A stretch of 32,000 bases of DNA from Bacteroidaceae bacterium (GCA_963667395.2 CAXXJL010000001.1:1477329-1509328); one strand, 5' to 3'; positions 1-10,186 are shown, counted from the first letter of the stretch. A program made the numbers and translations. Notes: generated by a model from the sequence alone, not told the origin.

Positions 1-496
1 CAATAGCCCTGATTGCTCGTTTTGCAGTGTCGACATCCGTAGAATTATGGAGTGCCTTGTAGGCTTTTAATATTTCAGTTAGTTCTTCCAATGATTTATC
101 AGCGAATTTCTCGCGCAGCTCTTTATCTTCAGGAACAGGAATAAGTTTATACCCTTTTAGTACTGACTCCAAATACATTCCAGTTCCTCCACAGAGGATA
201 GGTAATTTATCTTTCTGCTTTATAGTTTCGTAAGCAATAAGAAAATCTCTCTGATATTCAAACACATTATACTTATATCCAGGTTCGGCAATATCAATCA
301 GGTGATACGGAATTTGTTTTCCGTTCACCATATAATCTACAAGATCTTTTCCTGTGCCCAAGTCCATTTGCCTGTATATCTGACGGGAATCGGCACTGAT
401 AATCTCGGTATCCAATTCATTTGCCAAAGCTGCTGCAAAAGGAGTTTTCCCTGAAGCTGTAGGACCTAATATAGTGATTAAATCAAAATTTGCCAT
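1..496 (-). CDS. miaA: tRNA dimethylallyltransferase MiaA, N-terminal ~165 aa; the rest runs off the window
   Basis: My translation of the reverse strand from the ATG at 496..494 gives MANFDLITILGPTASGKTPFAAALANELDTEIISADSRQIYRQMDLGTGKD. It has the P-loop GPTASGKT and the SADSRQIY motif typical of MiaA. It is absent from the ORF track because there is no stop inside the window. Confidence 0.85.
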   Translation of the reverse strand, partial: MANFDLITILGPTASGKTPFAAALANELDTEIISADSRQIYRQMDLGTGKDLVDYMVNGKQIPYHLIDIAEPGYKYNVFEYQRDFLIAYETIKQKDKLPILCGGTGMYLESVLKGYKLIPVPEDKELREKFADKSLEELTEILKAYKALHNSTDVDTAKRAIRAI

Positions 497-610
497 AATT
501 GCACAAGTAATAATGTCTACAAACTTACGCAAAATTCTTGAATATATAAACGTACTACTAAAAAAAGGAGTTTCATGAATTATATATAATAAATAAAGTA
601 ATAAACAGAG

Positions 611-650
611 TCAAAAAAAACCGCTTCGGTTGCCCGAAGCGGTTTTATAT
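611..650 (-). terminator. Rho-independent terminator downstream of gap (hairpin flanked by an A-run and a T-run, so potentially bidirectional)
   Basis: aaaaaaaaCCGCTTCGGttgCCGAAGCGGttttat: perfect 9-bp GC-rich stem at 621-642. On the minus strand it is followed by T8, 18 nt after the gap stop. Confidence 0.85.
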
Positions 651-667
651 ATCTAAGAAATGATTTC

Positions 668-1687
<1,020 letters not shown>

Positions 1688-1912
1688 TTAAGGGTTTTAT
1701 AATATTCATTCTAAAATATCCGTTATTGAATTAAGAATAAAAATCAACCACAATTGCATGAAGAAGCGGCATCAAATTAAGACACCAAACCTATAAAAAC
1801 AGCAATAATAAAATAATGTAGTTATCTCTCGAAATTTATTTCCTAATTGCGGGGCAAAAGTACTAAATTATTTTTAAATTAGCGCACAATTTCATCTTAA
1901 ATATTAAAAAAT

Positions 1913-2347
1913 ATGGGAAAAAGTAACTTTCTACAAGAGTTCAAAGCATTTGCTATGAGAGGCAATGTTATTGACATGGCTGTCGGTGTAATTATTGGTG
2001 GTGCATTTGGGAAAATCGTTTCCTCTTTAGTGGCTGATGTGGTAATGCCTGCGATCGGTATCTTTGTTGGCGGTGTTAACTTCAAAGAGTTGAAATGGGT
2101 AATAAAAGATGCTGTGTATTCTGCTGATGGGAAAGAGCTTACTGCAGCAGCTACCTTAAATTACGGTAACTTCCTGCAAAGCACTTTCGACTTTATCATT
2201 ATCGCATTTGCTATCTTTTTATTTATCAAATTTATGGCAAAGCTAAGCAAAAAGAAAGAAGAAACCCCAGTTGCAGAACCTCCTGCACCTAGCAAGGAAG
2301 AAACCTTATTGGCTGAAATCCGCGATTTATTGAAAGAAAAGCGATAA
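1913..2347 (+). CDS. mscL: Large-conductance mechanosensitive channel MscL
   Basis: 144 aa. [37 protein letters not shown] is the canonical MscL TM1 region. There is a second TM and a charged C-terminal helix. Confidence 0.9.
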   Translation: MGKSNFLQEFKAFAMRGNVIDMAVGVIIGGAFGKIVSSLVADVVMPAIGIFVGGVNFKELKWVIKDAVYSADGKELTAAATLNYGNFLQSTFDFIIIAFAIFLFIKFMAKLSKKKEETPVAEPPAPSKEETLLAEIRDLLKEKR

Positions 2348-2406
2348 TTAGCATCTTATGCTTTACTTCTATATAATTGATAAGATCAAACACTGATATT
2401 CAAAAA

Positions 2407-2452
2407 AGCTAATATGCCCCGGATATATTTCCAGGCATATTAGCTTTTTTAT
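2407..2452 (+). terminator. Rho-independent terminator after mscL
   Basis: AGCTAATATGCC (2407-2418) pairs perfectly with GGCATATTAGCT (2434-2445), followed by TTTTTT. Confidence 0.75.
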
Positions 2453-2626
2453 AATAATTCTCAAAAGAGAAGTGCAGTTTTATTTATATCGTCTACATCA
2501 CAACAGCCTAATTAACGTCCTGTTTCTTTAAAATATTCTATATTTCTTAAGCTATTCGGATAGCTCCCGCTCCATTTGGATGTATATGATCCGGGAATTT
2601 CAAAACGATTGATCCCTAAATCTTTT

Positions 2627-3553
2627 TCAGACTACCCGCTGAGTATTCTGCAACGTAAGCATCTCTTTAGGAATTGACGAGCGGATTCTCTCCTTTAATA
2701 TACTCAATACTGAAAAACGAACGAAGTCTGTCTTTGTCACAATACTAATTTCACGCGTGGGACGTGGTATGGCAAAAGGGCGAACCAGCTCTTTTTGCTG
2801 ATCATTAAGTTGGTATAATGCAAGTTCTGGGATAAAGGTTATCCCCTTTCCTCCTTCCACAATTCTCATAAAGGTTTCCATACTTCCCAAATGATATGCA
2901 GCCTGATGAAGTTTAACGGTTTCCAGCTGACAAAAACGCATCAACTGATCTCTGAAACAGTGACCTTCATCCAAAAGCCAAAGTCTTTCTCCACTAATAT
3001 CTGTGGTACGAATCATTTCATTTTTAAATATAGACTCCTTTCGGGCCACATAACCCAGGAACTGTTCGTAGAAAAGTGTTTCAGCCTGCAACGATTTATT
3101 ATCAACAGCAGTTGCAATAATGGCAGCATCAACCTTTCCTGTAGCAAGTGCAACAAGTACATCCTGTGTTTTCATTTCTGATACACGGATATCTAGTTCC
3201 GGATAATCTTCCATAAACTTAGGGAAAAACCGGGGAAGCAGATAAGGTGCAATTGTTGGCAATACCGCTATGCGAAAAACACCTTTCAATGATTGTCCCT
3301 CCTCCTGAACTATTTCCTTAACTTTTGATGCCTGGGTAAGAACAGCACGAGCCTGCTCAATGATTTTCCTACCAACGGAAGTTGGCTGAACAGGTTGTGT
3401 GCTGCGATCGAAGATCTTCACGTCCAATTCTTCCTCCAGCTTTTGAACCATTGCGCTCAGCGTAGGTTGAGTAACCAAGCAATATTCTGCAGCTTTACCA
3501 AAATGGCGAAACCGATCTACAGCAAGAATATATTCTAATTGTTGTATAGTCAT
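2627..3553 (-). CDS. oxyR: LysR-family transcriptional regulator, OxyR-like peroxide sensor
   Basis: 308 aa. It has an N-terminal LysR wHTH (FGKAAEYCLVTQPTLSAMVQKLEEEL) and a GHCFRDQ motif containing the redox Cys, as in OxyR. It is divergent from dps, and an OxyR-type operator lies in the shared intergenic region. Confidence 0.85.
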   Translation of the reverse strand: MTIQQLEYILAVDRFRHFGKAAEYCLVTQPTLSAMVQKLEEELDVKIFDRSTQPVQPTSVGRKIIEQARAVLTQASKVKEIVQEEGQSLKGVFRIAVLPTIAPYLLPRFFPKFMEDYPELDIRVSEMKTQDVLVALATGKVDAAIIATAVDNKSLQAETLFYEQFLGYVARKESIFKNEMIRTTDISGERLWLLDEGHCFRDQLMRFCQLETVKLHQAAYHLGSMETFMRIVEGGKGITFIPELALYQLNDQQKELVRPFAIPRPTREISIVTKTDFVRFSVLSILKERIRSSIPKEMLTLQNTQRVV

Positions 3554-3570
3554 CCTATTGATTGTGAGTT

Positions 3571-3606
3571 ATAGATTTTATCTATACAAAGATAGAAAAT
3601 ATCGGT
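3571..3606. promoter_or_regulatory. Candidate OxyR operator (ATAG-N7-CTAT-N6-ATAG-N7-CGGT)
   Basis: ATAGattttatCTATacaaagATAGaaaatatCGGT. It lies between divergent oxyR and dps and closely resembles the tetrameric ATAG-N7-CTAT-N7-ATAG-N7-CTAT OxyR consensus. Confidence 0.6.
3587..3594 (-). promoter_or_regulatory. Candidate Bacteroidetes -7 box (TAtcTTTG) for oxyR
   Basis: Plus-strand CAAAGATA is TATCTTTG on the minus strand, 34 nt upstream of the oxyR ATG. It overlaps the OxyR operator, so autoregulation is plausible. Confidence 0.45.
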
Positions 3607-3629
3607 TGGAGAAGCACCATCTTTCTGCT

Positions 3630-3637
3630 TATCTTTG
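3630..3637 (+). promoter_or_regulatory. Candidate -7 box (TAtcTTTG) for dps
   Basis: Matches TAnnTTTG, 44 nt upstream of the ATG at 3681 and immediately downstream of the OxyR operator. Confidence 0.5.
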
Positions 3638-3680
3638 TATCAACAAAAAGAAAAAATACAAATATTTAAAACTTAACAAT

Positions 3681-4157
3681 ATGAAAACTTTAGATTATAT
3701 CAAATTAGACGCAACAGGAGTAAACAACATAGTAGCATCTTTGCAACAACTATTAGCCGATCTTCAGGTATATTACACCAATCTGAGGGGTTTTCATTGG
3801 AACATTAAAGGTCACGGATTCTTTGTTCTCCATGGTAAATTTGAAGAGATGTATAATGACGCGGCAGAAAAAGCAGACGAGGTTGCAGAACGCATCTTAA
3901 CATTGGGTGGTGTTCCTGCCAACAAATTCAGTGAATACCTGAAAGTAGCAAAAGTAAAAGAGGTGGATAATGTGTCAACTGGTGACGAAGCACTAAACAA
4001 CGTATTGGAAACATACAGTTACTTTATTGGTGAAGAGCGTAAACTTTTGGCAATTGCTTCACAAGCAGGAGACGAAGGTACGGTGGCCATGATGAGTGAT
4101 TATTTAAGGGAACAGGAAAAAATGGTTTGGATGCTTACCGCATATGGTACCAAATAA
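3681..4157 (+). CDS. dps: Dps family DNA-protecting/ferritin-like protein
   Basis: From MKTLDYIKLD, 158 aa. LRGFHWNIKGHGFFVLHGKFEEMYN and the DEVAERI ferroxidase-centre residues are present. The track ORF start at 3558 lies upstream of the operator and promoter, so the ATG at 3681 is preferred. Confidence 0.9.
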   Translation: MKTLDYIKLDATGVNNIVASLQQLLADLQVYYTNLRGFHWNIKGHGFFVLHGKFEEMYNDAAEKADEVAERILTLGGVPANKFSEYLKVAKVKEVDNVSTGDEALNNVLETYSYFIGEERKLLAIASQAGDEGTVAMMSDYLREQEKMVWMLTAYGTK

Positions 4158-4175
4158 TTAAAACTCTATATATAA

Positions 4176-4228
4176 GCAAGCAGCCGGAGAATATCTACAT
4201 AAGATTCTTCCGGCTGCTTCTATTTTTT
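4176..4228 (+). terminator. Rho-independent terminator after dps
   Basis: AAGCAGCCGGAGAAT...ATTCTTCCGGCTGCTT stem (one bulge) followed by tATTTTTT. It lies between convergent dps and the GH95 gene. Confidence 0.7.
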
Positions 4229-4245
4229 CTGCTATTTAAAATTAA

Positions 4246-6678
4246 TCAATTTCCGGAACGCTCAAATTTATAGCTTTTCCCTGCCTCTGTCATTACATCA
4301 TATTCATAAACTTTATACAACATAGGAAGTTGTGGATTGATTGACTTTGACACAAGCGGTTCTTTGATAGAAGCTGTTTGATAGATCGGATTCTTGTTTT
4401 CCCCTTTCGCTATCTGCAGCCCTTCTCCCTTGAGAGGCACATATGAACGAAAGCGAAGGTTTCCACCATTACGAGAGTGAATAATGGCCTTTTCAAGCTG
4501 AACACCATCCCATTCCATATCTACTTCAAAACCTCCACGTGCTACTAGTCCGCTTACTTGTCCTTTTCTCCAGGCGTCAGGTAATGCGGGAAGTAATTGC
4601 ACTGCTCCGTCGTGGCTTTGCACCAACATTTCTGCTACACCTGAGGTATAACCAAAGTTTCCATCTATCTGGAAAGGTGGGTGTGCATCGAAAAGATTCG
4701 GATACGTACGTCCATCAGTGTTACCCGGCTCTACCAGCATCAACATATTATTGATAATTCTATAAGCCTGGTTTCCATTCAACAAACGAGCCCACAAGTT
4801 AATCTTCCAGCCAATAGACCATCCGGTAGCTTTGTCTCCACGATAAAGAAGAGAATTCTTTGCTGCCTGGAAGAGTTCGGGATGTGAATAAGGAGAAATT
4901 TGATTACTTGGAAACAATCCATAAAGATGAGAAACATGACGATGGTCTTCCTTTGGATTATCCACATCTTCGAGCCACTCTTGCAACTGATTGTATTTTC
5001 CAATCTGCATAGGTGGCAAACGATCTATCATTGCCTGCAAACAAGCAGAGTATTCTTTATCTCCATTCAATATCTGATTAGCACGAAGCGTATTTGCCAG
5101 AATATCAAAAGCTATCTGGTTATCCATAGTACATCCGGCTACAAGAGAATTGCCACCTTTAGGTCCGTGCTCAGGAGAAATTGAAGGACAGGTCACCATC
5201 CATTTATACTTTGGATGCTCAACCAAAAAGTCCAGAAAGAAATCGGCAGAGCCTTTCATTACAGGATATATTTCACGCAAGAAAGCCTCATCACCTGTAT
5301 AAAGATAATGCTGCCACAAGTGTTGGCAAAGCCATGCTCCTCCATTAGGCCACATGCCGTAATGAGCCTTGTCAACAACACCTGTACATCGCCACAAATC
5401 GGTGTTGTGGTGGGCAACCCAACCTTTACAATCATACATTGCCCTACTGGTTTCGCTGCCTGTTTGAGCCAGTTCTTTTACCAATTGAATCAAAGGCAAG
5501 TGATTTTCGCTTAGGTTAGTCACCTCCGCCGGCCAGTAATTCATCTGCAGATTAATATTTATAGTATATTTCCCATCCCAGGGAGCTAATAGCTTATCAT
5601 TCCATATTCCCTGTAAATTGGCAGGTTGTCCGCCCGGTTGAGAAGAAGAGATAAGCAAATATCTGCCATACTGAAACATAAGCGTAGCAAGGGACACATC
5701 TTGTCCATCCTTAAAATTCTTCACACGGAGAGGAGTTTCTTTATCTGCAGCCTTTGAAGTTCCCAAGTCAAGTTTCACTCTATTAAATTGTTTCTGATAA
5801 TAAGCAATATGATCTGCCAAGGCTTGTACATAGTTTTTCTTGATAGCAGCAGCCAGATAAGCAGACGCTTTCTTGCTCTCATTGCCACTCACATCGTGGT
5901 AATTCACAAAATTTGTAGCTGCAGAAATATAGATTATAGCAGAGTTGGCACCGGTAACCTCAATTTTATCTTTTGTTACTTTTACCTTTCCTCCTTCGGT
6001 TTTCACCTGAGTTTGATTCTCCACACGGATAGCGCCGGAAATCAGCTCATGATTTTCACCTTTGCCCTTCAATATAAGTTTATTGCCTTTGCACAAGACT
6101 TCATGTTTCAGTGGAGAAGTATAATCGGCTGTAAACGTTAATGCACCTTCTTTATCGGCAGTAAGGCGGATCATAATAACATTGTCAGTGAAAGAGGTAA
6201 ACACTTCACGTGTATAGGTTACGCCATTTACTTTGTAACGAGTCGTTGCAACTGCTTTTTCAATATTAAGATCCCTATAATAATCAGAGTAATTTTCATG
6301 ACCAGGAAAGTGAAGAAAGAGACTTCCTATTGTTTGATAAGGCATACCATTCTGGGGTGTGCGAAATTCTTTATTCATTATTTCCTCAGCCTCATTACTC
6401 TTTCCCTCGAAAACCAGCTTTCTTACTTCGGACAAATATTTCAATGCATCAGGGTTATTATTGTTATGCGGTCCTCCTCCCCAAACAGTTTCTTCGTTCA
6501 GTTGCAATTCCTCTTGAGAAGGATTACCATAAACCATTGCTCCCAAACGGGAGTTTCCCAAGGGCAAAGCTTCTACCCATTCCTTTGCAGGCTGGCTATA
6601 CCAAAGTTTCAACTCACCACAATATGCTCCAACCGCTATCAAAGCAAAAAGTGACAATAACAAAAAGTGCTTTTTCAT
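4246..6678 (-). CDS. Glycoside hydrolase family 95 (alpha-L-fucosidase type), secreted
   Basis: 810 aa with a signal peptide. The N-terminal [26 protein letters not shown]...EETVWGG and the central [12 protein letters not shown] motif are characteristic of GH95. Confidence 0.85.
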   Translation of the reverse strand: MKKHFLLLSLFALIAVGAYCGELKLWYSQPAKEWVEALPLGNSRLGAMVYGNPSQEELQLNEETVWGGGPHNNNNPDALKYLSEVRKLVFEGKSNEAEEIMNKEFRTPQNGMPYQTIGSLFLHFPGHENYSDYYRDLNIEKAVATTRYKVNGVTYTREVFTSFTDNVIMIRLTADKEGALTFTADYTSPLKHEVLCKGNKLILKGKGENHELISGAIRVENQTQVKTEGGKVKVTKDKIEVTGANSAIIYISAATNFVNYHDVSGNESKKASAYLAAAIKKNYVQALADHIAYYQKQFNRVKLDLGTSKAADKETPLRVKNFKDGQDVSLATLMFQYGRYLLISSSQPGGQPANLQGIWNDKLLAPWDGKYTININLQMNYWPAEVTNLSENHLPLIQLVKELAQTGSETSRAMYDCKGWVAHHNTDLWRCTGVVDKAHYGMWPNGGAWLCQHLWQHYLYTGDEAFLREIYPVMKGSADFFLDFLVEHPKYKWMVTCPSISPEHGPKGGNSLVAGCTMDNQIAFDILANTLRANQILNGDKEYSACLQAMIDRLPPMQIGKYNQLQEWLEDVDNPKEDHRHVSHLYGLFPSNQISPYSHPELFQAAKNSLLYRGDKATGWSIGWKINLWARLLNGNQAYRIINNMLMLVEPGNTDGRTYPNLFDAHPPFQIDGNFGYTSGVAEMLVQSHDGAVQLLPALPDAWRKGQVSGLVARGGFEVDMEWDGVQLEKAIIHSRNGGNLRFRSYVPLKGEGLQIAKGENKNPIYQTASIKEPLVSKSINPQLPMLYKVYEYDVMTEAGKSYKFERSGN

Positions 6679-6707
6679 GTTTTCTATATTAAAATTACCA
6701 TTAAATG

Positions 6708-7059
6708 CATTTCATCCATCACTCCATCACGAATACTCACAATAGTTTGATAAACAACTAAATAAACCGTGATGGATGGTTTTTATCCATCACTAAACCC
6801 TCACAGAAAAGCCTCATCCATCACGCTTTTACCCATTTTTTTTCAAATTATCGTTCTATTTGCGTTGCCCTTAGATATCGCATTATAAAATTCAGGATTC
6901 GCAATATTTTGGCTCAAAAAAACCAACATTTGATTCAAAAGAGTGATGGATGACCTGAAAAAGTGATGGATTCGTGATGGATAAAAACCATCCATCACGA
7001 CTTAGTACACTAGTCTTCAGCACATTGAAAACAATTGTGATGGAGTGATGGATGAAATG
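6708..7059. repeat. 352-bp element with 117-bp modular inverted arms built from ATCCATCAC units (MITE-like or regulatory array)
   Basis: Three perfect inverted module pairs: 6708-6730 / 7037-7059 (23 bp), 6768-6793 / 6974-6999 (26 bp, itself a hairpin) and 6814-6824 / 6943-6953 (11 bp). The arms are exactly symmetric around a 118-bp unique core. Confidence 0.8.
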
Positions 7060-7101
7060 TCTTTTTTCTGTATAATCTGCAAAAACACGAAGTAAAAACA
7101 T

Positions 7102-7165
7102 TCGGTTATATTTTTTAAAAACATAACCGGATGTTACTCAATGTCCGGTTATGTTTTTAAAAAAC
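7102..7165. repeat. Three copies of CGGTTAT(A/G)TTTTT (plus, minus, plus orientation) forming alternative hairpins
   Basis: tCGGTTATATTTTTtAAAAACATAACCGg (7102-7130) followed by tCCGGTTATGTTTTTaaaaaac (7143-7164). Confidence 0.7.
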
Positions 7166-7186
7166 TATTAAGCAATTTCCTTCAGA

Positions 7187-7417
7187 TTATTCAGCAATAA
7201 TTTATCAACTATTCACCAATAAATCTTATTTTATGGTGAATGGTTGGTAAGTTCAATCCCAGCCAATAAACAAACATCGTTTCAGAGCCTTTAAATCAAT
7301 CGGAAGCAAAGATAAAAAATAACAGGAAACACTCATAGTCAAATTAACAATTTAAGCTATTAGAGTATGATTTCCAATTTATTTGCTGAATGGTTTTTAT
7401 TTATTGGCGAATAATGT
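7187..7417. repeat. Array of five about 13-bp ATTCASCAATAAA-like motifs upstream of guaA
   Basis: Plus orientation at 7189-7201 and 7211-7223. Minus orientation at about 7231-7243, 7379-7393 and 7399-7412. Confidence 0.55.
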
Positions 7418-7418
7418 G

Positions 7419-7426
7419 TATTTTTG
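7419..7426 (+). promoter_or_regulatory. Candidate -7 box (TAttTTTG) for guaA
   Basis: Matches TAnnTTTG, 35 nt upstream of the ATG at 7461. Confidence 0.5.
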
Positions 7427-7460
7427 CACGCATTAAATTCCAAACATATACATATACATT

Positions 7461-8984
7461 ATGCAAGAAAAGATTGTTATTCTTGATTTCGGATCACAGA
7501 CCACTCAACTCATTGGCCGCAGGGTTCGCGAATTGGATACCTATTGCGAAATTTTACCCTACAACAAATTCCCTAAAAACGATGAATCAATAAAGGGAGT
7601 TATCCTTTCAGGAAGCCCATTCTCTGTTTATGATGATTCAGCTTTTAAAATTGACCTAAGCGAGATTCGTGGAAAATATCCTATTCTGGGTATCTGCTAT
7701 GGTGCACAGTTTATGGCCTATACAAACGGCGGTAAAGTAGAACCGGCAGGCACACGTGAATACGGACGTGCTAATCTGGGTTCCTTCTGCAAAGACAACG
7801 TGTTGTTTAAGGGAGTAAAGGAAAACTCACAGGTATGGATGAGCCACGGTGACACCATTACTGCAATTCCAGATAATTTTAAAACCATCGCTTCAACTAA
7901 CGAAGTAGCTATTGCTGCTTATCAGGTAGAAGGCGAACAAATATGGGGCGTACAGTTCCACCCTGAAGTATACCACACAGTAGACGGAACACAGATTCTT
8001 CGCAACTTCGTGGTTGATGTGTGCGGATGCAAGCAAGACTGGAGTCCGGCTTCATTCATTGAAAGCACAGTTGCCGAACTGAAAAAACAACTGGGCGACG
8101 ACAAAGTGGTTCTTGGTCTTTCAGGTGGTGTGGATTCATCCGTAGCTGCCGTACTACTTAACAGAGCAATTGGCAAAAACCTTACTTGTATCTTTGTAGA
8201 TCACGGAATGCTTCGCAAAAATGAATTCGAAAATGTAATGTCTGATTACGAGCACCTGGGACTTAACGTAATTGGCGTAAATGCGAAAGATAAGTTCTTC
8301 AGCGAACTGGCTGGTGTATCAGATCCGGAACAAAAACGCAAGATCATCGGAAAAGGTTTCATTGATGTGTTCGATGAAGAAGCTCACAAACTGAAAGATG
8401 TAAAATGGCTGGCACAGGGTACTATCTACCCCGACTGCATTGAGTCGCTTTCCATTACCGGAACCGTGATCAAGAGTCACCACAACGTGGGTGGTCTTCC
8501 CGAAGAGATGAACCTGAAACTTTGCGAACCTCTCCGCCTTCTTTTCAAAGATGAAGTGCGCCGTGTAGGTCGTCAGTTGGGAATGATGGAACATCTTATT
8601 ACCCGTCACCCTTTCCCAGGTCCCGGACTAGCAGTTCGTATCCTAGGCGATATTACTCCCGACAAAGTACGCGTTCTTCAAGAAGCAGATGATATCTTCA
8701 TCAGCGGACTACGCGAATGGGGACTTTACGACCAGGTATGGCAAGCAGGTGTAATCCTACTTCCAGTGCAGTCAGTAGGTGTAATGGGTGATGAAAGAAC
8801 ATACGAGAATGCCGTAGCACTCCGTGCCGTAACTTCCACCGATGCTATGACAGCCGATTGGGCTCACCTACCCTACGAATTCCTTGGAAAGATCTCTAAC
8901 GAGATTATTAATAAGGTAAAGGGCGTGAACCGCGTTACTTATGATATAAGCTCTAAACCTCCAGCTACTATTGAATGGGAATAG
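7461..8984 (+). CDS. guaA: GMP synthase (glutamine-hydrolysing)
   Basis: 507 aa. It has a GATase domain ([10 protein letters not shown]), the PP-loop SGGVDSSV and the C-terminal dimerisation motif ending PPATIEWE. Confidence 0.95.
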   Translation: MQEKIVILDFGSQTTQLIGRRVRELDTYCEILPYNKFPKNDESIKGVILSGSPFSVYDDSAFKIDLSEIRGKYPILGICYGAQFMAYTNGGKVEPAGTREYGRANLGSFCKDNVLFKGVKENSQVWMSHGDTITAIPDNFKTIASTNEVAIAAYQVEGEQIWGVQFHPEVYHTVDGTQILRNFVVDVCGCKQDWSPASFIESTVAELKKQLGDDKVVLGLSGGVDSSVAAVLLNRAIGKNLTCIFVDHGMLRKNEFENVMSDYEHLGLNVIGVNAKDKFFSELAGVSDPEQKRKIIGKGFIDVFDEEAHKLKDVKWLAQGTIYPDCIESLSITGTVIKSHHNVGGLPEEMNLKLCEPLRLLFKDEVRRVGRQLGMMEHLITRHPFPGPGLAVRILGDITPDKVRVLQEADDIFISGLREWGLYDQVWQAGVILLPVQSVGVMGDERTYENAVALRAVTSTDAMTADWAHLPYEFLGKISNEIINKVKGVNRVTYDISSKPPATIEWE

Positions 8985-9022
8985 TTTTATTCCTTTAGAG
9001 GAATGACTTAAGATATTTTGGA

Positions 9023-9065
9023 AAGAGACTAGACATTTTGGTTAAAATGTTTAGTCTCTTTTTAT
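9023..9065 (+). terminator. Rho-independent terminator after guaA
   Basis: AAGAGACTAGACATTTT...AAAATGTTTAGTCTCTT (one mismatch) followed by TTTTAT. Confidence 0.7.
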
Positions 9066-9085
9066 CTCTGCTTAATCATCAAAAA

Positions 9086-9855
9086 TTATTCATCGCACAA
9101 TTTCTGCAACCTTTGCTTCAAATCAGCTCGCTTTGCTTCATTTGTACCTATTTCGATATAACTGATTCTCCCTTTCTTATCAATTAATACAGTAGTGGGA
9201 TTCTGCTGGATTCCAAAAGCATTCCATAATGTCTTATCTTCTGTAATTTGGTGAAACAAAAAAGGGCGCGTAGTTACAATACGCTCAATCTGTTTGGCTG
9301 TGTTATATGTAACTGCAAGATAGTTTGCTTTGGGAAGCTCCGTTATCCATTGATTTAATTCAGGCATTTCTTTTTTACAAGGAACGCAAGCTGTGTTCCA
9401 AAAATTCAGAACCAGAGGTTTGCCTTTTGTGTTTTTATTAGTCCATACATTTCCTTGTGTATCCTTAACTGAGAATTCAGTCATCTGGTTTCCTACGGCA
9501 AGGATTGAACCTTTAGCCGACATAGAATTCTCAAACAGCTCATTTTGCTGTTCCAACTTAATAGGAAATCAGCACTGTTAAGAACTTTATCTACCGGTAT
9601 AATGAGCAAAGAGTCTTCCGACGAGAACCTTACGCCATCTTTTAAAGCCATTGCAAGTATTGAATTCCCTTCATTATCTTGCACTTTGAAGTAAACTTTC
9701 ATCATGCCCGAATTAATACTCTTTGGAGCTACTACAAAAAAGTTACAGCCTACCATACACTTTGGTTTAATAAGACTATCATTCACTGTTTGAGCTGTTG
9801 CATATACAGCACCAACCATCACTAAGGTGATTACAATTACGTGTTTTGTATTCAT
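9086..9855 (-). pseudogene. TlpA/thioredoxin-like thiol-disulfide oxidoreductase split by a frameshift into a signal-peptide N-domain ORF and a thioredoxin-domain ORF
   Basis: ORF 9493..9855 has a signal peptide (MNTKHVIVITLVMVGAVYATAQ) and an N-domain. ORF 9086..9556 has the thioredoxin fold (FWNTACVPCKKEMPEL) but no signal peptide and only a TTG start. The two overlap by 64 nt in different frames, and the frame change must lie within 9493-9568. Confidence 0.5.
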
Positions 9856-9945
9856 AAGTCACATTTTTTCTTCTTACAAAGATATAAAAATAATATAAAA
9901 GGTTTTATTCTTTCACTATATGTGGAATAATTAATTATCTTCATG

Positions 9946-10009
9946 TTTTATAAGTTATGATTGATAGACGGTGAAAACAGAGCACTTTTATCAATCATAA
10001 CTTATAAAA
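9946..10009. repeat. Perfect 21-bp inverted repeat with a 22-bp spacer in a divergent promoter region
   Basis: TTTTATAAGTTATGATTGATA (9946-9966) and TATCAATCATAACTTATAAAA (9989-10009). Confidence 0.85.
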
Positions 10010-10151
10010 AAAATCTATTTCTGGTTTGCAAATTGTTTATTTTAGAATTATACTACTTTCACATTTAACAGAAAAATCTTAATTTATAAAACAAATAAAT
10101 AAATCTTATACGAAATTAGTTGGTTTTGAAACTTTTTGAGAAAGAAAGTAT

Positions 10152-10159
10152 TAACTTTG
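10152..10159 (+). promoter_or_regulatory. Candidate -7 box (TAacTTTG) for the NMO-family gene
   Basis: Matches TAnnTTTG, 28 nt upstream of the ATG at 10187. It lies inside the 5' extension of the track ORF. Confidence 0.45.
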
Positions 10160-10186
10160 CAGCGCATTTTAGAAAAACATTTAAGA

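Noticed and set aside
3558-3680. 5' extension of the dps ORF (track start 3558, 199 aa)
   Set aside because: The extension spans the OxyR operator and the dps -7 box, starts 4 nt from the divergent oxyR start codon and encodes a low-complexity K/Y-rich peptide. The conserved Dps sequence begins at the ATG at 3681.
6708-7059. Possible CRISPR array or invertible promoter (shufflon/fimbrial-switch type)
   Set aside because: Not CRISPR: the units are only 9-11 bp, irregularly spaced and in both orientations, and no cas genes are present. An invertible promoter is not supported: I found no TAnnTTTG box in either orientation in the 118-bp core, and no recombinase gene is adjacent. It is kept as an open alternative in the findings.
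6892-7101. 69-aa ORF on the minus strand with recurring HHS/ITN peptides
   Set aside because: It lies entirely inside the right arm of the ATCCATCAC repeat element. Its odd repetitive peptide is a by-product of translating the DNA repeats, and it has no promoter box or recognisable domain.
10136-10186. 5' extension of the NMO-family ORF (track start 10136)
   Set aside because: The TAACTTTG promoter box at 10152-10159 lies inside it. MKTLTIGDL at 10187 is a typical family N-terminus.
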